NCBI GenBank assembly: GCA_024679065.1
Contig: JAGIQG010000010.1
Location: 82,274,001 to 82,338,000, forward strand
DNA: 64,000 nt
Direction of reading: 5' to 3'
Origin: Sphyrna mokarran
Lineage: Eukaryota
Each line of letters opens with the position of its first letter. The stretch's first letter is position 1. Below, one piece after another: positions 52,636 to 64,000 of the stretch. The notes beneath the pieces were generated by a model that searched no databases, had not been told where the DNA came from, and worked only from the letters and a program-made list of their open reading frames with translations. The position numbers and the translations under genes were made by a program.

Positions 52636-54316
52636 CGATGAATACATGAAATGTTTATTAATATCTTTGTCATCTAATCCCCCATCAGTGTCCAATAATA
52701 CTCTCATAAATGACAGGGTTTACATAACATTGGCCTAGTACCTGCAATAAATTTGATCCTTAGCTCTGGACTTCATTTGTTTTAAGCCCCTTTAGTCTTT
52801 TCAGCATTGCCATCTCATTTAGCAATTCATTTTACTTATATTATCTCTTCTTGAGAAGAGCATATTGTTTTTTGCCCTCATTTCTAAATGTTTTGGCATT
52901 CATGTAGATATATCCTAAAGACTAACTGCCTTTCGCATTCTTCTGCCAATCCCTGGTTTCTAGTTCTTGTACACCACTCCGATATTGTTTATACAGCCCA
53001 TTGGCTGCTTTGCGATTTGTAAGGTCTTTTTCTCGTCTTAGGGCAAACCAAATAAACCAACTCAAATGAAATGAGGGACAAAGTAAAAGGGGCAACTCCC
53101 CAAAAGGAGGGGGAACAGCCCGAACAGAAGTATAAAGGAAACTTAAAACATCAAATCAAAATGTGATTATTGGGGTTTATAATGCACCCCAGCTCCTGCT
53201 GTGCCCAATGGGGATCTGTAATGTCTTGGGAGCTACCTTTCTGCTTTAAATGATTCTTAGTTGTTGTCTCTTTGTTTAGGTCTCATCCATCTCTTACATC
53301 AGTACTTTTTCTAACTGTTTTTTTCCAGTTACTTATAGAGATAAAATTGAATTTGTCAACCACACATTGCCCCCCCTCCCCTTAGTTTTCTCAACAGTAT
53401 CATTGAGGGACTGTGAGAGCTACTTCTGTTCCTGTCATAAGTTGTTGTTGATTTCTCTGTGCACAGCTTTAATATTTTCAGCAGATATCCTCTGTTTTGA
53501 CAGAAATACACGAGCATTATAAAACACATATAACACAAAGCCACATAAGGAGGTATTAGGTCCGATGACCCAAAGATTTGTTAAAAGATGACTTTTAAGC
53601 AGTATCTTAAAGGAAGTAGGAAGGGAATTTCACAGCTTAGGGCCCAATTGATTGAAGGCAATGGTGGAACAATTAAAATCAATGCAGACTGATGACTACA
53701 GACATCTGAGGACTGTGGACTGGTGGAAATTATAGACATAGGAAAGAGTGAGAAAGATTAAACTTAAGTTCGGTGACTAACAGCTAACTATTAGAACCAA
53801 ACTGGAGACAATTTACTGCAGGAGAATAATTTATGTAAATTAATAATAAAAATGGTGTAAGCCATGTAACCTATTGCACTTGTTCTGCCATTCAATACAA
53901 TCATGGCTGATTTTTCTGCCCATTCCCCATGTCTCGTGACTCCCTCAAATTTGTCCACCTGAGCTGTAAACCCATATCATCTTCTAAGTGAAGAAGATTG
54001 TTATGTCAGTCTAAAATGATTGGCCTCTTATACAGAGACTACCCTTGTGTCCTAAATTGCACACCAGGAAGAAAACTGAGTCTATCCTGACAAACCCTTT
54101 CAGAACATTGTACAGAATCCCTACAATGCAGAAGGAGGGATTTCAATGAGATGGTCTGACACACAGGATGTCTTATACTGACAAAAACACCTTGACAAAG
54201 GCAAGATACTGTGGATGCCGAAATCTGAAACGAAAACAGAAAATGCTGGAAAAACTCAGCAGATCTGACAGCATCTACGGATAGAGAATAGAGCCAACTT
54301 TTTCAGTCAGGATGAT

Positions 54317-54615
54317 GGGACAGCATGTTGGTAGTGATTAGCATTGCTGCCTGACAGTGCAAGGACCCATGTTTGATTTTGGCCTCAGGTGACTGTGTGG
54401 AGTTTGCACATTCTTCCTATGTCTGGATGGGTTTCCTCCATGTGTTCCAGTTCACTTTCTTCCACATTACAAAGACGTGCAGGTTAGTTGGATTGGCCAT
54501 ACTAAACCATCCTTTATTGTCAGAGGAATTGCAGGATAACTGTGGGGTTATGAGAATAGGACCTAATCGGGACTGTTGTTGGTGCAGGCTCCATGGGCCC
54601 ATCTGCAGGAATTTT
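54317..54615 (+). mobile_element. HE1/V-SINE-like tRNA SINE inserted between inverted Penelope-type ends
   Basis: Head and core recognisable; flanked by inverted repeats at 54235-54315 and 54620-54685. Confidence 0.8.
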
Positions 54616-54879
54616 ATGTCATGCTGACTCTCAATAGCTCAGCACAGATACTGTCAGACCTGCTAAGTTCCAGCATTTTCTGATTATGTAGAACACCTAT
54701 GTTTGTATCTGCTGCTTTTTTTGGGGAGGGAGGGGAAGATTTGCATTATTTTCCAGTTGAATAAATTAGGGCCATTGTTCGGGTCAATTAGTAGGCTTTA
54801 CAATTTGGAAACCTGAATATTCTCTCCTGAAAGAAGACAGGGAGGGAGGTCAAGAACTAGTCGACTAGTTCCCATTCAA

Positions 54880-55345
54880 AACCCAGCGCCGCCACCACCC
54901 CCCCTCCCCCCCCACAACCCTCAGCCTTAGAGGGGGTAGATAAGTTGGGAGCAGGCCACCCAATCTCGGATCTGGGGCAAGAGATCAGTGGTGCCCAGAG
55001 CTGGGAAGTGATCGCTGTGATTTCGGTCTGCAGTTGCAGGTAATGTGTGTCCCGATCCCGGGCCGAGCTTGGGGCGGAAGGGGAAGCGCCCACCTCGCTC
55101 ACAAACAACAACCCCCCCAAAAAAAATTCCGACACACAAACAGTGACGAAAATAAAGCTGACTTGCCGCTTCCCGTGCCATCGCTAACCACTTATTGGAG
55201 GTTTCTCAGCGCCCGGCCGCTTTATTTCTTTAATATCATTGGAATCGCCAAACAGCCGCTCTCCCAGCGGCCATTTTCCCCCAGTCCGACCCAACTTCCG
55301 GCCCGCTGCCAGGGGGCGGGGCTCTGAAACCGGAAATGCCCAGTC
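54880..55345 (-). promoter_or_regulatory. CpG-rich housekeeping promoter and probable non-coding exon 1 of SUPT20H
   Basis: The only strongly GC/CpG-rich unique stretch in the window. It has ETS/GABP-type sites (acttccgg ~55294, accggaaat ~55329), a GC box (ggggcgggg ~55313) and a YY1-type motif AAAATGGCCG on the minus strand (~55268-55277). Candidate donors follow exon ends at 55167, 55103 and 55094. Confidence 0.75.
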
Positions 55346-55599
55346 TGTTGCCAAGGGCAACAAGACCAAACCTTCCACAGCATCTGGAGCAACATCACAG
55401 AGAGAGGTTCAAATAAGATCAACTGCAACAAGCGAACTCTCAAGCAGTAACTTCTCAACTTGTAACTTCAGCTAATCATGATCCAGATTCCACTTTTAAA
55501 AAGTGTTTCCATCATGACAATGGGTACTTGCCAATCCATTCCCCACAATGGCCAGCAAGCAACTGTGTTCACCCTCAAAACCCTGCTGGCTAATGATCT

Positions 55600-55887
55600 T
55601 ATGTTTATTTATTAGTGTCACAAGTAGGCTTACATTCACACTGCAATGAAATTACTGTGAAAATCCACTAGTTGCCACACTCTGGCCTGTTCGTGTACAC
55701 TGAGTGAGAATTTAGCATGGCTAAGGCACCTAGCTAACATGTCTTTCAGACTGTGGGAGGAAACTGGGAGCATCTGGAGGAAACCCACGCAGATACAGGG
55801 AGACTATGCAGACTCTGGATAGGAATTGAACCTGGGTCCTTGGTGCTGTGAGACAGCAGTGCTAACCATAATGCCACCATGCCACCC
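55600..55887 (-). mobile_element. V-SINE-like tRNA SINE
   Basis: Same subfamily as 32058-32342. Confidence 0.85.
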
Positions 55888-55984
55888 TTGATGTGCAAAG
55901 GGACAATTTCAAAGTTTGCAGATGACGCAAAACTTGGAAGTACTGTAACTGAAAAGGATGGTGTAGAATTTCAAAAGGGCATTG

Positions 55985-56625
55985 ACATAGGTTTTCAAAT
56001 TTGCTGATGACACTGTAGTGGGGAGGATCCCAAACAATGATGAGACAGTGTACATGAAAGATAAAAAATTGCAATGACAATAATCTCTCCCTCCAATGTC
56101 AGGAAAATGAAGGAGATAGTCATCAACCTCATGAAATGTAGTGGAGAACATGCCTCTGTCTACATCAATGGGAATGAAGTGGAAATGGTTGAGAGCTTCA
56201 GGTTTCTAAGTGTACAGATCACCAACAACCTGTCCTGGTCTCTTCATGCCAACACTACGTTTGAAAGAGCCCCCTTACGTCTCTACTTTCTCAGGAGGCT
56301 AAGTAAATTTGTCATGTCCACTACAACGCTCTCCAATTTTTACTGATGTTTCCACAAGAAACCACAAAGGGTTGTGAATGTGGCCCAGTCTATCACGCAA
56401 ACCTGCCTCCTATTCATTGATTCCATTCACACTTCCTGCAGCCAGTATTATAAAGAACACCACGCATCCTGGACATATTCTCTTCCATGTCCTTCCGTCA
56501 GGAAAATGATACAAAAGCCTGAGAACATGTACCAACCGATTCAAAGAGCAGTTTCTCTTCCTGCTGCTATCAGAATTTTGAATGGACCTAAATTTAAGCT
56601 GATCTTTCTCTTCACCCTATGTAGG
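55985..56625 (+). mobile_element. Rex1-like LINE fragment
   Basis: FKFADDTVVG and VESFRFLSVQITNNLSWS; similar to 41600-42290. Confidence 0.8.
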
Positions 56626-57474
56626 GTTTTTTCCAGAGGATCAATTTTAGCTAATACAAAGACTCATGACCACAGTTCTTCATTGACAAACATATGCTGC
56701 GAGAGAAAGAATTGGATAGTCCAACACTTCTCTGAAGCTACATCATGATGACGTTACAATTATATATTTTATCTGTCCTCTGGCTCATCATCAGTAAATG
56801 TCATATACCTTGACCAATTATACATATTCTCATAGGAAAAATAAGTTCTGTCTCACTTTCCCATGGCCACCTATTGCCAGTTCTTGACACTCTTATCTAG
56901 GTGAAGACTCTGCCTATTCATTGAGCTGTCTGGAACCATTAGTTTATCCTTGCTCAATGAATGTCTCTTTCACTGAACTGCCTAGTATCCGTACTGATAA
57001 GAGCTATGTTTCTATGACTGTATTGCTATAAGGAATGTGTTTCACTTTACTTACTTATTTCCCCGATGCCTAAGAACTCTGTGCTATTAGTCAATTATAT
57101 GCCGATTCAATAATGCACTTCCAAAAGTACATATTTAAATCCTCTAACTGTGGTTATATGTGTTTCTATGCAGACAGTACTTCTATAATAAATACATATA
57201 TAAAGGCAGTCTGTGATTCTTATCCTAAATAAATCCTCTCTGGGAGAACGTGCAGACAAAATTGAAGTATTTTAAAACTTGAATGTGCAGAACACCTGTC
57301 ACCACCTCAGCTTGTTTTAATCTCAGGATACTTCAAATTCCTCCAACACTCTGTCTTAACTGCAACACTATAGTCTACACCCTCTCCTTTCCTTTTCCCA
57401 GTAGCGCATGCAAGAAATGATAGTTTTAACTGTATCCCAATACATGTGGAGCTGATGAGGTTCAAAGCGAAGAA

Positions 57475-57705
57475 GGGCAGCATGGTAGCAAGTGGTTAGC
57501 ACTGATGCTTCACAGTTTCAGGGACCTGGGTTCGATTCCCAGCTGGGGTCACAGTGTGTGTGGAGTTTACACATTCTCCTCATGTCTACATGGGTTTCCT
57601 CCGGATGTTCTGGTTTTCTCCCACAGTCCAAAGATGTGCGGGTTAGGTTGTTTAGCCATGCTAAAATTGTCCCTTAGTGTCCTGAGGTTAGAGGGATTAG
57701 TGGAT
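57475..57705 (+). mobile_element. HE1/V-SINE-like tRNA SINE
   Basis: A/B-box head tggttagca..ggttcgattccc and core. Confidence 0.85.
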
Positions 57706-57984
57706 TGGGTAAACGTAGAGAAGAATCACAGAAAGACCATGGACTGGTTGCCACAAAGCCTATTTCTATTCTTTTAAATGCTGTACTTTTTAATTCACTT
57801 ATGGGATGTGGGTATTGCTGGCTAGACCAGCATTTATTGCTCATCTCTAGTTGCCTTCAGAAGATGGTGGTGAGCTGTCTTGTAGAACTGCTGCAGTTCT
57901 TATAATGTAGGTACGCCACAGTGCTACTGGGGGGGGGGGGAGGAGTTACTAGATTTGACCGACTGACAGTAAAGGAATGATGAT

Positions 57985-58082
57985 ATATTTAAAATAAATA
58001 TTTGATATAAATTAATATAAAATAATAATTAATATAATATAAATTAATATAATATAATATATAAATTTGATATAAATTAATC
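57985..58082. repeat. AT-rich low-complexity repeat
   Basis: Recurring aaattaatataa / tttgatataaattaat units. Confidence 0.8.
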
Positions 58083-58644
58083 ATCCTGGAATGAATGCCT
58101 GCAGTTTGATGTTGCTGTTATGATTTTTCCAATTTTCTCAACACAATGAAAATTTGAGGATTTTGAATGATATTATGTTTGATCTTGATTTCAAGCAGTT
58201 GAAGGCAAATTCAAATTTCCTCTGGGATTTTGTGATCCAAAAATTTGATTGCAGCATCAAAATTTCTTTTGACATGCCGTTTTGAGAATTCTAGGGGCTG
58301 TGGATGATGACATCAGCTATGTTGGGAGTGAAATGTCTGCTTAGGTCTTGGCAATAAGAATGCAACAGCACCATTTACTTTGGAAACTTGGAGGACTGAG
58401 TCAGGATGTGAATGCAGTAGATGAGTGTAATTGTGATAGAAAAACATGGCAGACCAGAGAGTCTCTATAGAAATAGCACGACAAGATACTGTTGCAGGAA
58501 GTGGTTTCCCAAAGTTTTTACTTCTATGCTTTCCATTAAGGGTGTTGTAGATTGAAGGCAGCTCACTGTGGTTCATGCATAAAAGGGTTTATTACCAACG
58601 ATACATAGTTATTTACAAACAACGATCTGACAGAACTAAATATG

Positions 58645-59002
58645 CGACTATTCTCCATTCCAACTGAGGCTCCTCCCCAACTTTGGAGCATTTGATTGGC
58701 TTGGCTTCCCGTACTGACACTCTATACAGTCCATCCCAATCATGCAGCCCACAGGGATTACCCCCTTAAAGGGCCATGCTACCACAAGGTGGAATTTCCT
58801 TCTAACAATATATTGAATGAAAATCCCCTTCCCTGAAACATTCCACAGTAAGTTCATGCATTTCTTCTCCTGTGAGGGTTGTCCCAAGTATAGATGTGAG
58901 TGGAGATTTGTTTCTTTCCCATGTGACAACGTGGGCTTTTGCATGGTTCGTGTTCCGCTCTCTGCGATTCCTGTGGCAGGTTGGATGGAAAAATTCTGTC
59001 CT
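58645..59002. mobile_element. MITE
   Basis: Ends ggatggaaaaattctgtcc, inverted relative to ttctccattccaac. Confidence 0.55.
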
Positions 59003-59989
59003 TGTGTCTAAGTGATAGGTTAATCACAAGTGGGATTTGAATTACTGCGTTGATAACTTTCCTATAGGGGAGAACCCATTTCCACAATTTGACCTCCTTT
59101 CTCTCAATCCTGTCTCCTACACCACCACCATCTAGAAATGATTCAAGGTTTGAACTGTTAAGAAGCAAGTGCATTGCAGTTGTAAACATGTTACTTAATT
59201 TGGGCTACTTAGATATGGAATTGTAGAATGTGGCTGTAGTCTAATCTAAGACCCGAGACTGGGGCAAATTTTTCTGTTGTACTTGGTCAATAGTTAATTG
59301 TCTAGATGAAATGCAGAATGGGACAGTGGGTGGATTGAAGAGAAAGCAGCTTGAGTTGCTTGTCTGCCAGCCAGGGATGAAGTTCTTAATACAGAGTCAT
59401 AGATTTATGGATTTTAATACAGTGCAAGATTTCTGCTCAAACAGTGAAGTCATTGTGTTCGTTGATTATCAATGGATGGTCAAAAATCCTCCTTGCCACA
59501 TAATTTGAATTTTTGGGCAGAATACTCATTTTAGAATCTGGAAATATTTAGAAGCACATAGGGAAGAATTGTAACACTGGGACTTTTGGTCTGTTTTTTG
59601 TGGCTTTTCTTTTAACAGCCATAGGATCATTGAGAATTACAGCTCAGATTCATGTCAGTTCACTATACAGCAATCCAGTCAGTACAATTCACCTGCTCTA
59701 GACTTGTGTGACTTGCAAGTTAATTCCTCTGAAGTGTTATAGCAAGCTTCTCCCTATATGAATGTATATACTGATGTAACTAGCTGCCTTCAGTTTTGAG
59801 TCCATGATGTACTGAATAATGATTGAATATCATAACATATTCAGTTACCTTTTGTGGCCAAGTTACCACAAATAACCATCAAATTTATTTCCAAATCCTC
59901 AATCATCTCCATTTCCACTCTCTCACAAGGCAGCAAATTCAAGATCATTAAGACTTGACGTGTTAAAAAAGTTCTTACTCATTTAAGAT

Positions 59990-60615
59990 TCATTGCTAAA
60001 GGCATAGAGTATAAAAGTGTTGCTGCGAATGTACAAGGCATTAGTGAGACTGCATCTAGAGTTTTGTGCACAGTTTTGGTCCCCTTCATTGAGGAGGGAT
60101 GTAATTACATTGGAGACAGTTCAGAGAAGATTCATAGATTGATTTCAGAGATGAGGGGTTTGCCTTATGAGTAGAAATTGAGCTGTTGAGGCCTATATTT
60201 TCTAGAGTTTAAGAGATCTAATTGAGATATGTAAGATGCCAAAGGGAATTGACCTGGTAGACAAAGAGAGGAAGTTATGACTTCTGGGGCTTTTTAGAAT
60301 GAGAAGCTTAGGTTAAGGGATAGTTTAGAATGAGATCATAATTTTAGATGGGATAGCAGATTTAAAACTGAGATGAAGAGAAATTACTTCTTTCGAAGGA
60401 TCATGAGTCTGTGGAAGTTATTACCCCAGAGTGCGGTAGATCCCAAGACATTGATTAACTTTAAGGAAGAGGTGGACAGATTTTTAATTAGTAATGGTTT
60501 GAAGGGTGAATGGACAAGAAAGTGGAATTCAGGCTGAGATTAGATCAGCCACGATTTTATTGAACAGTGGAGCAGGTTCGAGGAGCTGAATTGTCTATTC
60601 TTATGCTCTTATGAT
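59990..60615 (+). mobile_element. Decayed CR1 3' fragment
   Basis: gtacaaggcattagtgagactgcatctagag (YKALVR-HLE remnant) through the 3'UTR. Confidence 0.75.
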
Positions 60616-61371
60616 GGGAGAAGGCAAAAAGGGATGGTAATGGAACTTCCTCCTTTAATACAGTCCAGAGCCGTGGAACAGCAAGTTACTTGTTCTTTTT
60701 CTAATTTGAGTACAATAATTGCTGCTGATGGTCTACTCTCCTCGACACTGGAGAAACTAAATGCAGATTGAATGACTGCTTTTTAAGAAACGACCATTCA
60801 ATCAGCAAATGTGACTCTGAGCTTCTGGTTGTCTGTCAGTTTAATTCACCATGAGATCTCTGTTCTTGGCTTCTTACACTTTCCCAATGAAGCTTTTCAG
60901 AAAATGGAGCAACAACAGTTCATCTTTTGATTAGATTCTTTTTAGCTTTCCTGACTTCACGCTGGAGTTCAACACAGCCACTGCTGCCAGGACTTTTGGC
61001 AGCAGCAGTTGGCAATGGTTCTGTTCCTCCCATTTATATCTCTAGACGTATTTATTTGCTTGTCCCATTGCCTACTCCTTTTGCCTTACATAAACATCCC
61101 TTTTCTTTCCTGCCTTGTAACCTTTCAAAGACCTTTGCTTTGTTCCTTCATCACCTCGCCATCTATCCCTGCCTCTATTCTTGCTTAGATCCTATTACAC
61201 CTGAAACCTTTTACAAACCATAGCAAAGGTCATCAACCAGAAATATTAATTTTGTTTCCCTGTTCACAGATGTCGTTGAGTATTTCCAGAATTTTTCCCT
61301 GACTTTCTTGTGAGTTATAACTGACAACAATTGAATCAAAACCAACAGTGTCTGAAAGTGGAAAGAAATGG

Positions 61372-61665
61372 AACAGAATTCTACAGTGCAGAAAGAGGCC
61401 ATTCAGCCCATTGTGTCTATTCTGACTACAATCTCACCAAGGCCCTATCCTCATAACCCCATGCACTTACCCTAGCTAGTCCCCCTGACACTAAAGGCAA
61501 TTTAGCATGGTCAATCCACCTCACCTACACATCTTTGGACTGCAGGAGGAAACCGGAGCACCCTGGAGGAAACCCACACAGATACGGGGAGAACGTGCAA
61601 ACTCCACACAATCACCCAAGCCAGGAATCGAACTGGGCAGCGATGCTAACCACTGTGCCACCATG
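61372..61665 (-). mobile_element. HE1/V-SINE-like tRNA SINE
   Basis: Well-preserved core catctttggactg..ggaggaaaccggagcacc. Confidence 0.87.
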
Positions 61666-62119
61666 TCTCTCCTCAGACAATATCATAGATACAAAATTCA
61701 AATTTCAGAACCAATCTTATCATTACCATTCCCTTTGCTATAAGAATATAAGATGTAGGAGCAGAAGTAGTCACTTAGCCCATCAAATCTGCTCTGCCAT
61801 TCAATGAGATCATGGCTGATCTGATATAATCCTCAACTCCACTTTCTCGCCTTATCCCCATAACCCTTGATTCCCTTGCTGATTAAAAACTTGTCCATCT
61901 CACCCCTGAACATCCTAACAATTACTTCATCTCTCCAGCTTCTAATATACTCTTGATTTTCCCCTTTGCTCCAGAAGGGGGCCACAAAGCCCATTGAATC
62001 CATGCTTGTATCATTTCTTTGGGGAAGTAACAGTTGAAATTCCACTAGGGTTCCACCGGTTTCCTGTCATAACTCCAATTGGATTCTCCAAGCAATCTCT
62101 CTGCTTGGAACTCAGCCCA

Positions 62120-64000
62120 GTAAGAAGTCTCACAACACCAGGTTAAAATCTAACAAGTTTACTTGATAGTAAACCCACAAACTTTTAGAACTTCATTAGG
62201 TGAGTGGAGAGTTCTGTTCACAAACAGGGCAGATAAAGGCACACAGTTTTCAGAATACTGATTAGAATGTGAATCTTTACAGCTAATAAACTATTCAAGT
62301 CTTAAAAGGTGCAGACAATGTGAGTGGAGATAGCATTAAGCATAGGTTGAAGAAATGTGTATTGTCTCCAGACAGGATAGTAAGTGAAATGTTGCAAGTT
62401 CAGGCAAGTCATGGGGGTTACAGATGGTGTGACATGAACCCAAGATCCCGGTTGAGGTTGTCCTCATGTGTGTGGAACTTGGCTATCAGTCTCTGCTCAG
62501 CAACTCTGCGCTGTCGTGTGTCGTGAAGGCCGCCTTGGAGAATGCTTACCAGAAGATTAGAGGCCAAATGCTGTGACCGCTGAAGTGTTTGTCAACTGGA
62601 AGGGAACAGTCTTGCTTGCTGATTGCCGAGTGATGTTCATTCATTCATTGTCATAATGTCTGCATGGTTTCCCCAATGTACCATGCTTCGGGACATCCTT
62701 TCCTGCAGCGTATTAAGTAGACAACGTTGGCCAAGTTGCAAGAATATGTGCTGTGTATCTAGTGGATGTTGTTCTCACATGAGATGATATCATCCACGTC
62801 GATGATCCAGCAGAGTTGCTGTGGTAGGGTTGTGTAGTGTTGTGGTCACTGTTTTCCTGAAGGCTGGGTAGTTTGCTGTGAAGAATGATCTATTTGAGGT
62901 TGTGTGGTTGTTTGAAGGCAAGAAGTGGGGATGTGGGGATGGTTCTATCGAGATGTTCATCTTCATCAATGAGGGTATGTTGTAGCTTCTCCGCTCCAGG
63001 CAAGTACTGGATGACAAAGGAGACTCTGTCCACCGTATCCCATGTTTGTCTTCTGAAGAGGTCAGTGCAGTTTTTCACTGTGGCATGTTGGAACTGTCGA
63101 TTGATGAGTTGAGTGCCATATCCTGTTCTTATGAGGGCATTTTTCAGTATCTAGAAGTGTCCGTTGCGATCCTCCTCATCTGAGCAGATTCTGTGTGTAC
63201 AAGGGGGCTTGTCTGTAGGGGATGGCTTCTTTAACGTGTTTAGGGTGAAAGCTGGAGAAGTAGAGCATCATGAGTTTATCTGTGGGCTTGCAGTACAGTG
63301 AGGTGCTGAGGTGACCGTTCTTGATGGAGATGCGTGTGTCCAAGAATGCAACCAATTCTGGAGAATAGTCCATGGTGAGTCTGATAGTGGGGTGTAACTT
63401 GTTGATGTCATCATATCGTTGTTTCAGTGATGGTGAACAAATGAGTCCAAAGGAAGAAAATGTCATCGATGTATCTAGTGTATAGCACCAATTGAAGGTC
63501 CTGTGCAGTGAAGAAGTCTTGTTGGAGTCTGTGCATGCAAATGTTGGCATATTGAGATGCGAATTTGATCCCCATGACTGTTCTATGTGTCTGGATGAGG
63601 GAGTGGTTGTTGAAGGTGAAGACATTGTGGTCCAGAATGAAGTGGATGAGTTGTAAAATTGAATCTGGAAACTGGCAGTTGTCAGCATTGAGTACTGAGG
63701 CGGTTATAGCAATGCCATTATTGTGGGGGATGCTGGTGTCGAGACTGAGACATCCATTGCCCTGATATGTTAGGATGACCGAGTGTGTTTGCCTTGTGTA
63801 TATTTGGGATGCAGTAGAGATCTCTAACATGGGAAGTACATGGGATGAGAGCATGGAGGATGCTTTGAAGGTCCGTATCAAAGGTCTTGATCAAAGTGTT
63901 GAGTTAACGGGTGCGTTCTTTGGTCGGATCTGCTGTTAACTGTCCGTAGTGTTCCTCGTTGTTCAATTATCGGACCTTCAGAGCACAAGGCAAACACACC
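62120..64000 (-). mobile_element. Penelope-like retroelement remnant (RT plus GIY-YIG endonuclease), runs off the right edge
   Basis: RT motifs MGIKFASQYAN and YTRYIDDIFFLW in ORF 63411..63881. A GIY-YIG segment NVVYLIRCRKGCPEAWYIGET lies at about 62670-62730, followed by stops. Confidence 0.9.

Noticed and set aside
55239-55475. Divergent plus-strand gene from the CpG island
   Set aside because: Short ORF with no recognisable homology, and no downstream exons seen in 55.5-64 kb, which is mostly repeats.
57485-57550. tRNA-like A/B boxes
   Set aside because: This is the head of a tRNA-derived SINE and continues into the SINE core; it is not a tRNA gene.

Overview
Eukaryotic genomic DNA, almost certainly from a cartilaginous fish (shark), judged from HE1/V-SINE-like tRNA SINEs, a Deu-domain SINE, CR1 LINEs with (TTCTATG)n tails, Rex1-like LINEs, Penelope elements and GGGC-AGAATT-ended MITEs. 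The window is dominated by one minus-strand gene, SUPT20H (SAGA subunit Spt20/p38IP). I traced 20 coding exons by hand, from the ATG at 48901 to 3407. All have GT-AG boundaries and a continuous frame (2106 nt, 702 aa); the last exons lie beyond the left edge. A CpG-rich promoter and probable non-coding exon 1 lie at about 54.9-55.35 kb. Introns and the upstream region are packed with decayed transposons, including a young 3.6-kb CR1 with a 7-bp target-site duplication and a Penelope RT/GIY-YIG remnant. I found no convincing novel biological system. The best second-look items are: a dead partial exon duplicate, uORFs plus a possible GC-donor alternative N-terminus, an internal splice acceptor that appears conserved with human, a duplicated flank+SINE unit, and inverted Penelope-terminus structures with decayed hammerhead cores. 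Gene and family identities rest on my recall of homologues, not on database searches.
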